63,051 nt of DNA. Source: Candidatus Hodarchaeota archaeon. GTDB taxonomy: Archaea; Asgardarchaeota; Heimdallarchaeia; Hodarchaeales; Hodarchaeaceae. The stretch is from contig JAEOTC010000065.1 of NCBI GenBank assembly GCA_016840035.1, positions 1 through 63,051 on the forward strand, in the 5' to 3' direction. Within the stretch, counting starts at the first letter, position 1. Each line of letters starts with the position of its first letter. Under the pieces are notes generated by a model. It was not told the DNA's origin and made no database searches. It saw nothing but the letters and a program-made list of their open reading frames with translations. Position numbers and translations under genes: made by a program. Shown piece by piece: positions 8,528 to 18,433 of this stretch.

Positions 8528-9057
8528 ACAGACTTTAGCTGTGACAAGATTTTCTCCGTAATTTCCTGTATGTCCTTCTCTAAATCTATCGAAAGCGTTC
8601 TTAGTTCCATGGAAGTACTTTTTTCTTTACTTGGTAAGGATTCGATTATAAGAATCGGTTCTTGGTTATTATACCGGACTTTTGTATTTTTAAAGTCGTG
8701 AAAATCCTTAATTATATAGATCAGAGGGATTTGGGGAAACGATGCAGGATAACTCTCACAAAGGACAAGTTCACTCGACTCAGGAATCAATTTTAGAATG
8801 TCTTGAATACCTGAACGTTGAGATACTCTTTTGTAAGTAACAGTTTCAAAAGGACTGGTAAAAATAATAGGATTAGCAGGGGTGTTCCGAAAAAGATTGG
8901 AATCTTTACCTTCAGGCTCGAGTGAATAGCCAGAACTACTAAATTTTATTACAGAAAGATCAATTCCGTAATTCCCGAGTAATTTACTGCATTTTAGGGT
9001 GAAGGTTGTCTTTCCTGTATTTTTACTGCCTACAATACCTATCAACAGGGGAGTCAT
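8524..9057 (-). CDS. mobB: Molybdopterin-guanine dinucleotide biosynthesis protein B-like P-loop protein
   Basis: IGIVGSKNTGKTT P-loop, VIK, EGKDS, LVLCES. Confidence 0.75.
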   Translation of the reverse strand: MTPLLIGIVGSKNTGKTTFTLKCSKLLGNYGIDLSVIKFSSSGYSLEPEGKDSNLFRNTPANPIIFTSPFETVTYKRVSQRSGIQDILKLIPESSELVLCESYPASFPQIPLIYIIKDFHDFKNTKVRYNNQEPILIIESLPSKEKSTSMELRTLSIDLEKDIQEITEKILSQLKSV

Positions 9058-9077
9058 CGTCTAGTCTCGAAGTTTAA

Positions 9078-9446
9078 TTATAGAAAATACATGATGATAT
9101 AAATCAATGCTCCTCCAAATGTTATCAATCCACCCATCGTTCCTCCAAGAACTGCCAACAGAAAAGCAATGATCATCCAATTTAAGGTTTCTTTTGCATG
9201 CATATCATTCCTTACTGTCATAACAATCAGCACTACTCCAACTATAATAGGTACAATACTCCAGATATATTGAATATCTTCATTAAGCGAAATATATGAT
9301 GCTAAAAAGAATGGACTAGGCAGAGTCTCGTTAAGAAGGGATGTAACTCCATAAAGTAGCATTAGGAATCCGCCTAATGCCACTAAAATTACTCCTAGAA
9401 CTGTGCAATAACGGTGCCATTGTGTTTTATATCTACGTTTTGTCAA
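9078..9446 (-). CDS. Small hypothetical membrane protein
   Basis: 122 aa with 3-4 hydrophobic segments, upstream of and co-oriented with mobB. Confidence 0.7.
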   Translation of the reverse strand: MTKRRYKTQWHRYCTVLGVILVALGGFLMLLYGVTSLLNETLPSPFFLASYISLNEDIQYIWSIVPIIVGVVLIVMTVRNDMHAKETLNWMIIAFLLAVLGGTMGGLITFGGALIYIIMYFL

Positions 9447-9624
9447 TTTGTTTTCCTCAAAAATAATCCATTTTTAGTTTGATATTTATGAAAATCTGGT
9501 ATTCTACAAGCTTTTCGGACTAGATATGTGTTTACTCTGTGGATTGATAGAAGTAAATTCTTGATTTTTGTATTTATCTATCCAATAATTTCAAATATGG
9601 TCGTTTGTATATACGAGATTTAGT

Positions 9625-10101
9625 ATGTCCTCTAATCAGCGTTCCTCTTGGAAAATTTACTTCATGAAAATCGCGTCGCAAGTTAGTACACGATCCACAT
9701 GTGATCGCAAAAATATCGGTGCAGTAATCGTTCGCGATAAAACAATATTATCAACTGGATATAATGGATCGATACGGGGTCTTGCCCACTGCGATGAAGA
9801 GGGACACATGATGGAGAATGGGCATTGTGTAAGGACGGTTCATGCAGAAGCAAATGCGATTGCTCAGGCAGCGAAAAATGGAGTAAATGTGGATGGAGCT
9901 GAAATCTTTATTACTGCCTCACCATGTTGGACGTGTTTCAAACTCTTAGCAAATTCCGGAATTATTAAAATTACTTATGGGGAGTTCTATCGTGATGAGA
10001 GAATACTTGAAGAGTCTGCTAAAGCTGGTATTAAGCTCGAACATCTTCCTATTGATGCATTAAGTGAATCTGAACACCAACCAAGAATGGAGAAAGAATG
10101 A
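9625..10101 (+). CDS. dCMP deaminase (ComEB-like cytidine/deoxycytidylate deaminase)
   Basis: RSTC.R..GAVIV, TGYNG, HAEANA and PCWTC zinc motifs. Confidence 0.9.
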   Translation: MSSNQRSSWKIYFMKIASQVSTRSTCDRKNIGAVIVRDKTILSTGYNGSIRGLAHCDEEGHMMENGHCVRTVHAEANAIAQAAKNGVNVDGAEIFITASPCWTCFKLLANSGIIKITYGEFYRDERILEESAKAGIKLEHLPIDALSESEHQPRMEKE

Positions 10102-10182
10102 GAAGCTGATATACCCAGCTTCAGAAAAAATAGAGAAGAAGAGGATTTCTCAAATCCCTCTCATTTTCCAACTAAGGATCTT

Positions 10183-10566
10183 TCATATTTTGAATCTATG
10201 AAAATATTGAGCTCTTGCTCTTTTCTTGATTCTAGTTTTGCTATTACGGTTTTTTTTCATAACAGCACGTTTTTTCAGATTTTTTGGTTTTGTGGATGAA
10301 CTTGATTCGTTTTTAATGTGAGTTTTCCGATTAATATTAGATTTTATTTTCGGTTTTTTTTGAAATTTCTTCTTCTCAGTATGACGAGGCTTTGAAGGAG
10401 ATTTCGAGAGTTTTGCTCCGTCTGTGGTATTTGGTGTTTCTTTTTGTTTTTTGCGTTCTAAGAGCTTTTTCGTTTTTTCTTTCTCTTCTTCAAAGTATTG
10501 TGTTGCGATATCTATTTCAGTGCGATTACGTCTGTTTTTTCTTGTATGTGCAGTCAATGGAATCAC
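10183..10566 (-). CDS. Hypothetical Lys/Arg-rich basic low-complexity protein
   Basis: 127-aa ORF with a GTG start; strongly basic, purine-rich coding strand. Confidence 0.5.
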   Translation of the reverse strand: MIPLTAHTRKNRRNRTEIDIATQYFEEEKEKTKKLLERKKQKETPNTTDGAKLSKSPSKPRHTEKKKFQKKPKIKSNINRKTHIKNESSSSTKPKNLKKRAVMKKNRNSKTRIKKRARAQYFHRFKI

Positions 10567-11002
10567 CTGTGCTCATATTCGAGTTTTTTTGACTTATCAC
10601 TCGAATTGAAAGTCGTTGAATGTCTCGTTCTGGCTTATGACGAGTCCCAAGCCTTGACTGGATATTCTATCTGGGATTGATTATTGGAGTTTAACCTCAA
10701 AGAGCGAATCGCATTATTTTACTCTTAACTCTATTGAAATTACTTCAACAATGTGATTATAGTCCGTTGTGACGTGTAGACATATTTTAGTAGCATTTTT
10801 TAAGTCTAGCCGTCTGATATTTGGCAGATGACAACTTTAATGAATATTATTCCATATCACTCAAGATGTCTCTAAGTAAATTCATATCCCAGATTTTTTA
10901 AGCTTATCGATTCAAAACAACAGATGACATTAACTCCTTGTCTATAAATAAAGATTTCAAGAAAATTTTTACTGATCTCAAACCAATCTTGGAGGAAAAC
11001 CT

Positions 11003-11734
11003 GTGCCTAAAATAGAAGTGATATTTTTCAATATGGGAGGAACCTTAATCCAATTAAGGAACATAACACTACCTCAACTATATTCAAAACATTTAACCAA
11101 TCTTTTAGGGAGAAAAATTGATCCTAGTTTAGTTTTTTCCGCTTTTCGGAAAGCAGAAGCTTGGACAATCTCCAGAAAAAACCATTATTATTTATTTTCT
11201 GATCTAGATCAGCGAAAATACCAAAATGCTTTTTATAATGAACTAGGGGTTAAAGGACGATCCCAAATTAATAAAATTGAAACAAATCTTGCAGATCTCA
11301 TTGAGTTGGACTTTCAACTAGAGCAAGGAGCAATCCCCTTACTTGAGCAGTTAAGTACAGAATATTCACTAGGATTAATCTCAAATTGGGATCATCAGGA
11401 TTTATATGAGATTCTCGATTCATTCGAGCTAAAAGACTATTTCGATTCAATAACAATTTCTGGGGAATTTGGAATAAGTAAACCCAGTCCGGAAATTTTC
11501 AAATCAGGCTTAGCGGACTTTCCCAAAGCAAAACCTAAGAATACTGTTTACATTGGAGATGATTTTGATTTAGATATTGTTCCCGCTCAAAGATTGCGAA
11601 TGTTTACAATTCTATTTGATAAAGGCCCTTCAGGAATGCATGGATGGCCAAAACGGCCTGAAGTCAAATCACCACGAGTTGAAAACCTCAGAGAAATTCC
11701 TAGGATTCTAAAGAAATTTGAGAAATTAAAATAG
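11003..11734 (+). CDS. HAD-superfamily hydrolase-like protein (motif I Asp replaced by Asn)
   Basis: IFFNMGGTL (motif I), LISNWD (II), KPSPEIF (III), YIGDDFDLDI (IV). Confidence 0.85.
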   Translation: MPKIEVIFFNMGGTLIQLRNITLPQLYSKHLTNLLGRKIDPSLVFSAFRKAEAWTISRKNHYYLFSDLDQRKYQNAFYNELGVKGRSQINKIETNLADLIELDFQLEQGAIPLLEQLSTEYSLGLISNWDHQDLYEILDSFELKDYFDSITISGEFGISKPSPEIFKSGLADFPKAKPKNTVYIGDDFDLDIVPAQRLRMFTILFDKGPSGMHGWPKRPEVKSPRVENLREIPRILKKFEKLK

Positions 11735-11759
11735 GAAAACAACAGTCATATTAAACAAT

Positions 11760-13271
11760 TTATCTTCTACAAGCGCTTGTTAAATGTAAAATCTCCTTTC
11801 CTGTCTCTTCCGTTTGTTTATTCCAAGAAAATCTCCATTCCCAGTTATTTCCCGTGGTTCCTGGGACATTCATTCTTGCTTCAGAACCTAAACGAAGAAG
11901 ATCCTGAAATGGAATGATGGCCATATTTGCAGCTGATTCCCAAGCGAGTTTAATTAGATCTCCAACTATATCCTCCCCAGAAGTCTTTGTGTATTCAAGA
12001 ATTTCATCTTGTTCTTCAGTAGAAAGGGATTCAAACCATGCAAGTGTTGTTTGATTATCATGAGTGGCAGTGTATACCACTGAATTCTCAATTATATTGT
12101 GAGGTAAATACTTATTTTCAGTATATTCATCCTCATCTTCCCCAAAAGCAAATTGTAGAACATTCATCCCTGGAAATCCTGTACCTTGCAACATACTTTC
12201 TACTTCAGGGGTAATAATGCCCAAATCTTCAGCAATAATGGGAAGATCGCCTAATTCATCAAATATTTTTTGAAATAACTCCAGTCCTGGTCCAAGAATC
12301 CACTTTCCTTTTTCTGCGGTTTCTTCATCAGCATCTATTTGCCAATAGGATTCAAAACCTCTAAAATGGTCGATTCTAAGAATATCAACTTGCTCTAAAT
12401 TGTGTTTAATCCTCTTGATCCACCATTTAAAGCCATTTTTCTTCATCTTTGCCCATCGATATAATGGATTGCCCCATCTTTGTCCAGTAGTGGAAAAATA
12501 GTCAGGAGGAACTCCTGCCACATATAATAAGTCCATCTTTTCGTCAAGGTAATACATTTCTGGGTTAGACCATACATCTACAGAATCATATGCTACAAAA
12601 ATGGGAATGTCCCCCACAAGTTTGACATGTTTATGTTTCGCATAGTCTTTTAGCATTTTCCATTGTGTAAAAAAGAGAAATTGAGTGAATTTAACCCTCT
12701 CAATTTCTGTTTTTTTTTCCTCTCTCCATTGTTCAATAACTGTCGTTTCTCTTTGTTTAAAAGAGTCCGCCCATTCATTCCAAGGCCTCATGTTATTTGC
12801 TTTCTTTAATGACATAAATAACGCATATTCATCTAGCCAAAACCCATGTGAATCCAAAAATTCCCTGAAATTATTCAATAATATTGCATCAATGTTCAAA
12901 CAAAAATTATCGAAAGCGATGTCAACAACCTCTTCCTTGTATGCAATTACTGATTCATAGTCAATTCTGAGTTTATCTTTAACTTTAATAGGAGGAAGTT
13001 CATGTTCTGCCACTATATTCATCTCTACAAGTTTCTGTGGACTAATAAGTAACGAATTTCCAGCAAAAGCAGAAAAGCATTGATAAGGGGAATTTCCATA
13101 ACCTGTCGGTCCAAGTGGAAGTATCTGCCAAAGAGTTTGACCGTATTTCTGCAAATAATCAATGAATTTATAGGCTTGAATGCCAAGATCTCCAATTCCA
13201 TATTTGCTTGGAAGACTTGTTGGATGTAGAAGAATTCCACTGCATCGCTGTTGAATTTCTTTGCTTTTCAT
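11760..13271 (-). CDS. malQ: 4-alpha-glucanotransferase (GH77)
   Basis: SGILLHPTSLP, WQILPLGP, GDIPIFV, GVPPDYFS, RIDHFRG, IAEDLG, THDN. Confidence 0.95.
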   Translation of the reverse strand: MKSKEIQQRCSGILLHPTSLPSKYGIGDLGIQAYKFIDYLQKYGQTLWQILPLGPTGYGNSPYQCFSAFAGNSLLISPQKLVEMNIVAEHELPPIKVKDKLRIDYESVIAYKEEVVDIAFDNFCLNIDAILLNNFREFLDSHGFWLDEYALFMSLKKANNMRPWNEWADSFKQRETTVIEQWREEKKTEIERVKFTQFLFFTQWKMLKDYAKHKHVKLVGDIPIFVAYDSVDVWSNPEMYYLDEKMDLLYVAGVPPDYFSTTGQRWGNPLYRWAKMKKNGFKWWIKRIKHNLEQVDILRIDHFRGFESYWQIDADEETAEKGKWILGPGLELFQKIFDELGDLPIIAEDLGIITPEVESMLQGTGFPGMNVLQFAFGEDEDEYTENKYLPHNIIENSVVYTATHDNQTTLAWFESLSTEEQDEILEYTKTSGEDIVGDLIKLAWESAANMAIIPFQDLLRLGSEARMNVPGTTGNNWEWRFSWNKQTEETGKEILHLTSACRR

Positions 13272-13464
13272 TAAATTCTATCCTGATATTGTGCTCGAGA
13301 GACTTTTTTTTTACTAGTATACACTTGCAGTATGATAACTCTCTGTTTTTTATCTCTGTAACTCTGGAATTAGTTGAATAATCACATTTTTTTTTATTTG
13401 TCCAGATACTTTATAGAATTTTTATCCAAAAGAAAAAAAAGATTTCAATTGTGACTCCTATATC

Positions 13465-15564
13465 ATGCGACCTAAATCTAAATTGTTGCTTTCTGGTGTT
13501 TCTGGCCATAAATTTAGCGTGATGCGATTAGCTGCTTTTCATCACTCAAATCGGTTTGCTTCATGCTCATTTGATGGAACAGTGCGTATCTGGGAGGAGG
13601 TAAAACAACAAAAGGTATTGTTCTTCTTCCCAGAAGCAATTGAAGGGTTGGAAGTAACACCTGATGATAAAAATCTAATAGTCGTGCTTGCAGATTCATC
13701 AAAAGCCTTTGTGCATAATTTGATAAAGAACACAACACGAGAAATTGGATCAGGAAAAGTTTTTCGGAGTTTAATTGGAACTAGTCCTGATAGTACGAAA
13801 ACTGCAATCGTTACTTTTGATGATGAACTCTTTATTTATAATCACGAAACAGACTCACTGGGAAATCGTGTAGTTGTGGATAATGTTTCTGGAGACTCTC
13901 TAATTTGGCTAGATAATAACCGAATAGGTATCCCAAAGCGTAATGGAAACGTGGCTGTAATAAATTGCCAAGAAAGAGTAATAGAACATGAACATCCTAT
14001 ACATGATGGATTAATAACCTCAATTTTCCGTGATGGAGAAGATATTATTACAGTGTCAGAGGATGGAACTGGAAAAGTCCATGACCTGGACTTCAAGCCA
14101 AAGTTCGGTTTTAAACTCAAATTTACTCCCCAAAGCGTATTCTCTTCCTCCAAACACAAATTGATTATTGTATCTGGTGATAGGTATCTTCTCTTTATCG
14201 ATACTCCAACAGGTCAACTAGATTTGACTTCTCAAGAGTTATCAGGATGTAATCCAATAATAACTATAAATGGAGCTATATTCAGGGGATCGGGAATTAA
14301 TAGCATTTCACAGTTTTCCTTAGAAGGGAATGTTATTAAGGAATTGAAAGGGCGCTCAAAAACAGTAGAATCAGTGAATTTCTTGAATCGACATACAGTA
14401 GTTTATGGATCAGGCGATAATTCCGTCCATATCCTAGATTTTTCTTCAGGAGCTGATGAGAGTCTCATTTCTCATTCCGAAACAGTTTCTTCCGTCACTT
14501 ATAATTCTCTTAAACAAACTATTATCGCTGGGTCTTTTGATGATACTATTTCCATCTACCATCTTCCTCAAAAATCTGAAGTAAAGAGAATCAAGAATGT
14601 TCCTTTAGTTACATCAATTGCTTTATCTCCTTCAGGTACTTCTTTTGCTGCAGGATGTAGTGGTGATAATAGTCTACATATATTCAATGCTGAAGGGGAA
14701 GAGATTACAAGTTGGGAAGCACATGATGATTATATCAGCTCAGTTTATTTCCTTAATGATGAAGTAATAGTATCTGGATCAGATGATGGACGGCTATGTT
14801 TCTGGAATCCATCGGGAAGATTAATTAGTTCGCTTAATGTTTCCGCATCTGTTAAATCGATCTTTACCACACTTGAGTATGATTATAATGTAGTTGGTCT
14901 GGAAAATGGAGAGATTCTAATCTTAGAAAAAACTACTAATCGAAAGATTGGATCATATTCCTCATCTGCATCTATTCAATGTATTCAGGGAGTGGACAAT
15001 ACTCAATTATTTTTTGCAGCTAAAGAGATTCTTTATCGAATGGAACTGGATGGACCAAATATCATAGGTGTTGAAGAAGTTTGTCGTCATACGGAACCAA
15101 TCAAAGGAATTTTATGGATTGAAGATAGCGACATGATTATTTCAATTGATCATAGTTTAGAAATCATTAGTACAATACTTGAGAACGATGAAGAAATACC
15201 TACATCATCTACAATTATGTTTACTCCTGGTGAAGCTATAGAGGAAGAGATTAGTGAACCAATGACAGACTTGGGAAGTGGATCGGTAGTTTCATCGAAC
15301 GGAGAAGCTCTAGTAAAGATTATTGAGTATTTAAAAACTATTTCAAGTCAATTTAATGAGTTGATCTTGCCCAAGTTACAAGAAATTGGAATAGATGCGA
15401 AATCATTTCAAGAATCATTACAAAAACTTGAACAAAATCTGAATTTCAAGTTAGCGCAAGTAGATTCGGCAAGGCTTCGTGATTCTGTTGTTAGTGAGCA
15501 AGAAGAAGAAACTGACTCTGATACGAGCTGGAAAAATTTTGACTGGGGAAAAAGACAACATTAA
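13465..15564 (+). CDS. WD40-repeat (probably double beta-propeller) protein with a C-terminal coiled coil
   Basis: GH...SCSFDGTVRIWE, H.G.IT...TVSEDGT, SH...AGSFDDTISIY, AH...SGSDDGRLCFWN repeats over about 570 aa. Confidence 0.85.
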   Translation: MRPKSKLLLSGVSGHKFSVMRLAAFHHSNRFASCSFDGTVRIWEEVKQQKVLFFFPEAIEGLEVTPDDKNLIVVLADSSKAFVHNLIKNTTREIGSGKVFRSLIGTSPDSTKTAIVTFDDELFIYNHETDSLGNRVVVDNVSGDSLIWLDNNRIGIPKRNGNVAVINCQERVIEHEHPIHDGLITSIFRDGEDIITVSEDGTGKVHDLDFKPKFGFKLKFTPQSVFSSSKHKLIIVSGDRYLLFIDTPTGQLDLTSQELSGCNPIITINGAIFRGSGINSISQFSLEGNVIKELKGRSKTVESVNFLNRHTVVYGSGDNSVHILDFSSGADESLISHSETVSSVTYNSLKQTIIAGSFDDTISIYHLPQKSEVKRIKNVPLVTSIALSPSGTSFAAGCSGDNSLHIFNAEGEEITSWEAHDDYISSVYFLNDEVIVSGSDDGRLCFWNPSGRLISSLNVSASVKSIFTTLEYDYNVVGLENGEILILEKTTNRKIGSYSSSASIQCIQGVDNTQLFFAAKEILYRMELDGPNIIGVEEVCRHTEPIKGILWIEDSDMIISIDHSLEIISTILENDEEIPTSSTIMFTPGEAIEEEISEPMTDLGSGSVVSSNGEALVKIIEYLKTISSQFNELILPKLQEIGIDAKSFQESLQKLEQNLNFKLAQVDSARLRDSVVSEQEEETDSDTSWKNFDWGKRQH

Positions 15565-15630
15565 GATTTAAAAAAGGACAAATTAGGTAAAAACTTAGAA
15601 CTATGTACGCTTAAAGGAGAGTATTAGTGA

Positions 15631-16842
15631 ATGGAATCAACCACTGAACCTAATCAAATGACCAAACTCGATAACGAACTAGGTGATAAAGTCCCCTTAC
15701 GAACTAAAATTCAAAAACATATGTTTGTGACATTGAAAGAGATGTACAACGGGCTTAGACATCCAGAATTCAAATTTGCCCTCTCGGGAATAATTGTTAG
15801 TATTGTTTTATTGCTTGTTTCACTGTTTTTCTTTTTAGGGCCGTATTTCTTTACTATAGACGCTGAAACTCGTGGTATAGCGTTTTTTTCATTCAATATT
15901 TATCCTAATATTATTGGGATTTTTCTTAGTCTGGGGATTGCCTTTACAGAATTGTATCTTTGGTTTTTAGTAGGGATTCAAGTCACACCCAGAGCAGCAC
16001 ATTATCTTGTGGATAATAAAATCCTAAAGTTAATATTTACCAAAGGCCAAGTGCACTATTTAGAATATGTGCCAGAAGAGAAGCGAAAAATTGTTCTCCC
16101 ACACATCCTAAACAAGTATATTGCCTTAATCATCGCTTGGGTTTCACTCTCAGCCTTCTTATTACAGATAATCGCAGGGATACTTTTCGGAGGAGATCCA
16201 AGCACAATTTTAAAACCAGGTTCAGATTGGTTACTTTTCTTTATCAGAACTTTAGTGATCTTCTTCTTAGTGCCTATCATCTTTACTTTAGTTTATCCAG
16301 TTGGTTGGATGCTAGTGGATGCTAAATTAAAAGCATATAACTCTTTTACGAAATTAAATTGGCTTGTTGGTAAAAAAGTAGTGAGTTTAACAGCTGGAAT
16401 TATTACAGTCGGATCAGTGGTAGCTTTGGGTGCTACAGCATTAGAGGACCCTCTCGACAAAATACAATTAATTCTTGATCTTGTGATATTTTGTATAGTA
16501 AATATTTCATTAACAGTAACCTTAATTGCTATTTTTTATAATATATTTTTTCAAGGAACATTTTATCGACGAATTATTGATTCAATTGACGTAGGATTTG
16601 GGATTACTTCAGTCACACTCGTTGATGAAAGTGGAAATCCTACTTCAGATGAAAGTAGAACAGAGGATGACGAGGTTGAGGTTGAATCGGTTGTACAAGA
16701 AGCTTCTGTTCGTGATTCTTCTGAAACTACTATAATAGAACCTACTGATGAAAGCTATGATCTATCTGATAAAGAAGATTTACAAGAACAACCAAATGAT
16801 GATGTCAAAGAGAGTAGCGAGTTCTTTGAAGAGAAGGAATGA
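15631..16842 (+). CDS. Hypothetical multi-pass membrane protein with an acidic C-terminal tail
   Basis: 403 aa, about 6 TM segments, Glu/Asp-rich tail. Confidence 0.75.
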   Translation: MESTTEPNQMTKLDNELGDKVPLRTKIQKHMFVTLKEMYNGLRHPEFKFALSGIIVSIVLLLVSLFFFLGPYFFTIDAETRGIAFFSFNIYPNIIGIFLSLGIAFTELYLWFLVGIQVTPRAAHYLVDNKILKLIFTKGQVHYLEYVPEEKRKIVLPHILNKYIALIIAWVSLSAFLLQIIAGILFGGDPSTILKPGSDWLLFFIRTLVIFFLVPIIFTLVYPVGWMLVDAKLKAYNSFTKLNWLVGKKVVSLTAGIITVGSVVALGATALEDPLDKIQLILDLVIFCIVNISLTVTLIAIFYNIFFQGTFYRRIIDSIDVGFGITSVTLVDESGNPTSDESRTEDDEVEVESVVQEASVRDSSETTIIEPTDESYDLSDKEDLQEQPNDDVKESSEFFEEKE

Positions 16843-16913
16843 TAAGAGTAAATATTATCTTTCTTCTTTCATAATATCTTTATATGAAACTTCCACAGAA
16901 TAAATAGAAAAGG

Positions 16914-18401
16914 ATGATAAGAATGGATTTCACTTCTTTACTCAACACTTATTGCAGAAAAATTGGAATATGGTTTTTAAGCCTCATTCCTGTTGTTTTA
17001 TCAATCTCATTAATGATTCTAGCCTTCACTCAGACAAAAGATGGATTAGATCACACTCTCAAAACCTTAGTTGCACTTCTCTATATTGTTTTGATTCTCA
17101 TTGCGATTCCTTTTTCCCTAAATGGTTTTTTAATGGAAAGAGCTTTTAACGATGAAATCAGCAGAATAATAAGTACAGGACTCCTTATTCGTGGCGTTGA
17201 AGGTTTTAGCGATGTACAAAATAAAATAAAACTATTATATCGGGCTTCGTATTCGATAACAATAAGTGTTATTATATCTTACTTAGTTTTCACCTCAGCC
17301 ACTTTTTTAACGACTAGTGAGGGGACAGATCCAAATATAACAATACTCGCACGACTTTTTATCTTCGTTGCTAGTATAGGATTGTTGGCAATCTCTAGTG
17401 GGGCATCGATATTACTACGTCTACCAAACAAATCAGCTCTTCAACCTGGAGGTCTAATGAAGTATTATTCTCCAAGAAGTTTGACCTTAAAGCTAGATAA
17501 TCTCTTGACAGATTCTATTATCCCTAGATTAGATCCAATCACTAGAATGCAAATGGATGAATGGTCATTCTCGATCTCTGAAATGATGAATCCAAATTTC
17601 AGAGTGGATCAAAGCGATCAATCAAGACTGGAGCAGGCGAGAGAGAAAATTTTCCTTCTAGTATATTTAAAGGAATATCTCCCAGAAATTGTTTCAGAAG
17701 ATGTCTTTCTTGCAGAGATGAAAGAAATCATTCAGGAAAGTAATCTAAAGCAATTTTTCAAAGGAAAAAAATCGAAAATTTCACTTAAAACGCTCATTAC
17801 AATTATTCGTGATGTACGAAGAGAAATCCCTGAAGTTTTCAAGTTAGTTCAGAGAATATTTGTCTTAGTAACTGAAAACATACATCTGCTGAGATCAAAT
17901 GATAATTATATAAGTATTGTCCATCCTAGTAGTCATGTTGGAAATATTGATCCTTTTAGAGTAACAGTATTTATGCTAAATCTACAAGATAAAAAGAAAA
18001 AAGTTAAATTACAAGTACAAACATCGATGAGCAGTCTTGATCCAGATGATGCGTCACAAACGATCCTATTAGATTCCGGTTCAATTAAGCTTCCTGAAGA
18101 GGGGGAAAAACTATCAATATCCTCATCAACTGAATCTATGGATGTCTTAAGATTAGTAACTAGCATATTGCAAATTGGAGATGCTTTGAATTTACAATTC
18201 AGACCAAATCGATTTGGAACCCATGTTTTAAACATTTCTGTTGAAGATGAGCAAGGAATGATTTCAGGTCGGTCAATAGTTGTGTCGGTATATAGAGATC
18301 CTATGTTTTATATAAAAACAATGGGAGCCAAAGCTTTAGGATATATTGGTGCTGCTGTTTCGTTTATTGGAATCGGATTAGGCGCTATAATCGGTTTTTA
18401 A
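16914..18401 (+). CDS. Hypothetical membrane protein (4 N-terminal TM, soluble helical and beta domains, C-terminal TM)
   Basis: 495-aa ORF; hydropathy pattern. Confidence 0.75.
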   Translation: MIRMDFTSLLNTYCRKIGIWFLSLIPVVLSISLMILAFTQTKDGLDHTLKTLVALLYIVLILIAIPFSLNGFLMERAFNDEISRIISTGLLIRGVEGFSDVQNKIKLLYRASYSITISVIISYLVFTSATFLTTSEGTDPNITILARLFIFVASIGLLAISSGASILLRLPNKSALQPGGLMKYYSPRSLTLKLDNLLTDSIIPRLDPITRMQMDEWSFSISEMMNPNFRVDQSDQSRLEQAREKIFLLVYLKEYLPEIVSEDVFLAEMKEIIQESNLKQFFKGKKSKISLKTLITIIRDVRREIPEVFKLVQRIFVLVTENIHLLRSNDNYISIVHPSSHVGNIDPFRVTVFMLNLQDKKKKVKLQVQTSMSSLDPDDASQTILLDSGSIKLPEEGEKLSISSSTESMDVLRLVTSILQIGDALNLQFRPNRFGTHVLNISVEDEQGMISGRSIVVSVYRDPMFYIKTMGAKALGYIGAAVSFIGIGLGAIIGF

Positions 18402-18433
18402 GAGAAAATTGTAACTTAATTCAGGTTCTAGGT

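Noticed and set aside
10392-10680. Three short overlapping plus-strand ORFs
   Set aside because: Phe/Leu/Val-rich mirror of the A-rich minus-strand ORF; no coding signal.
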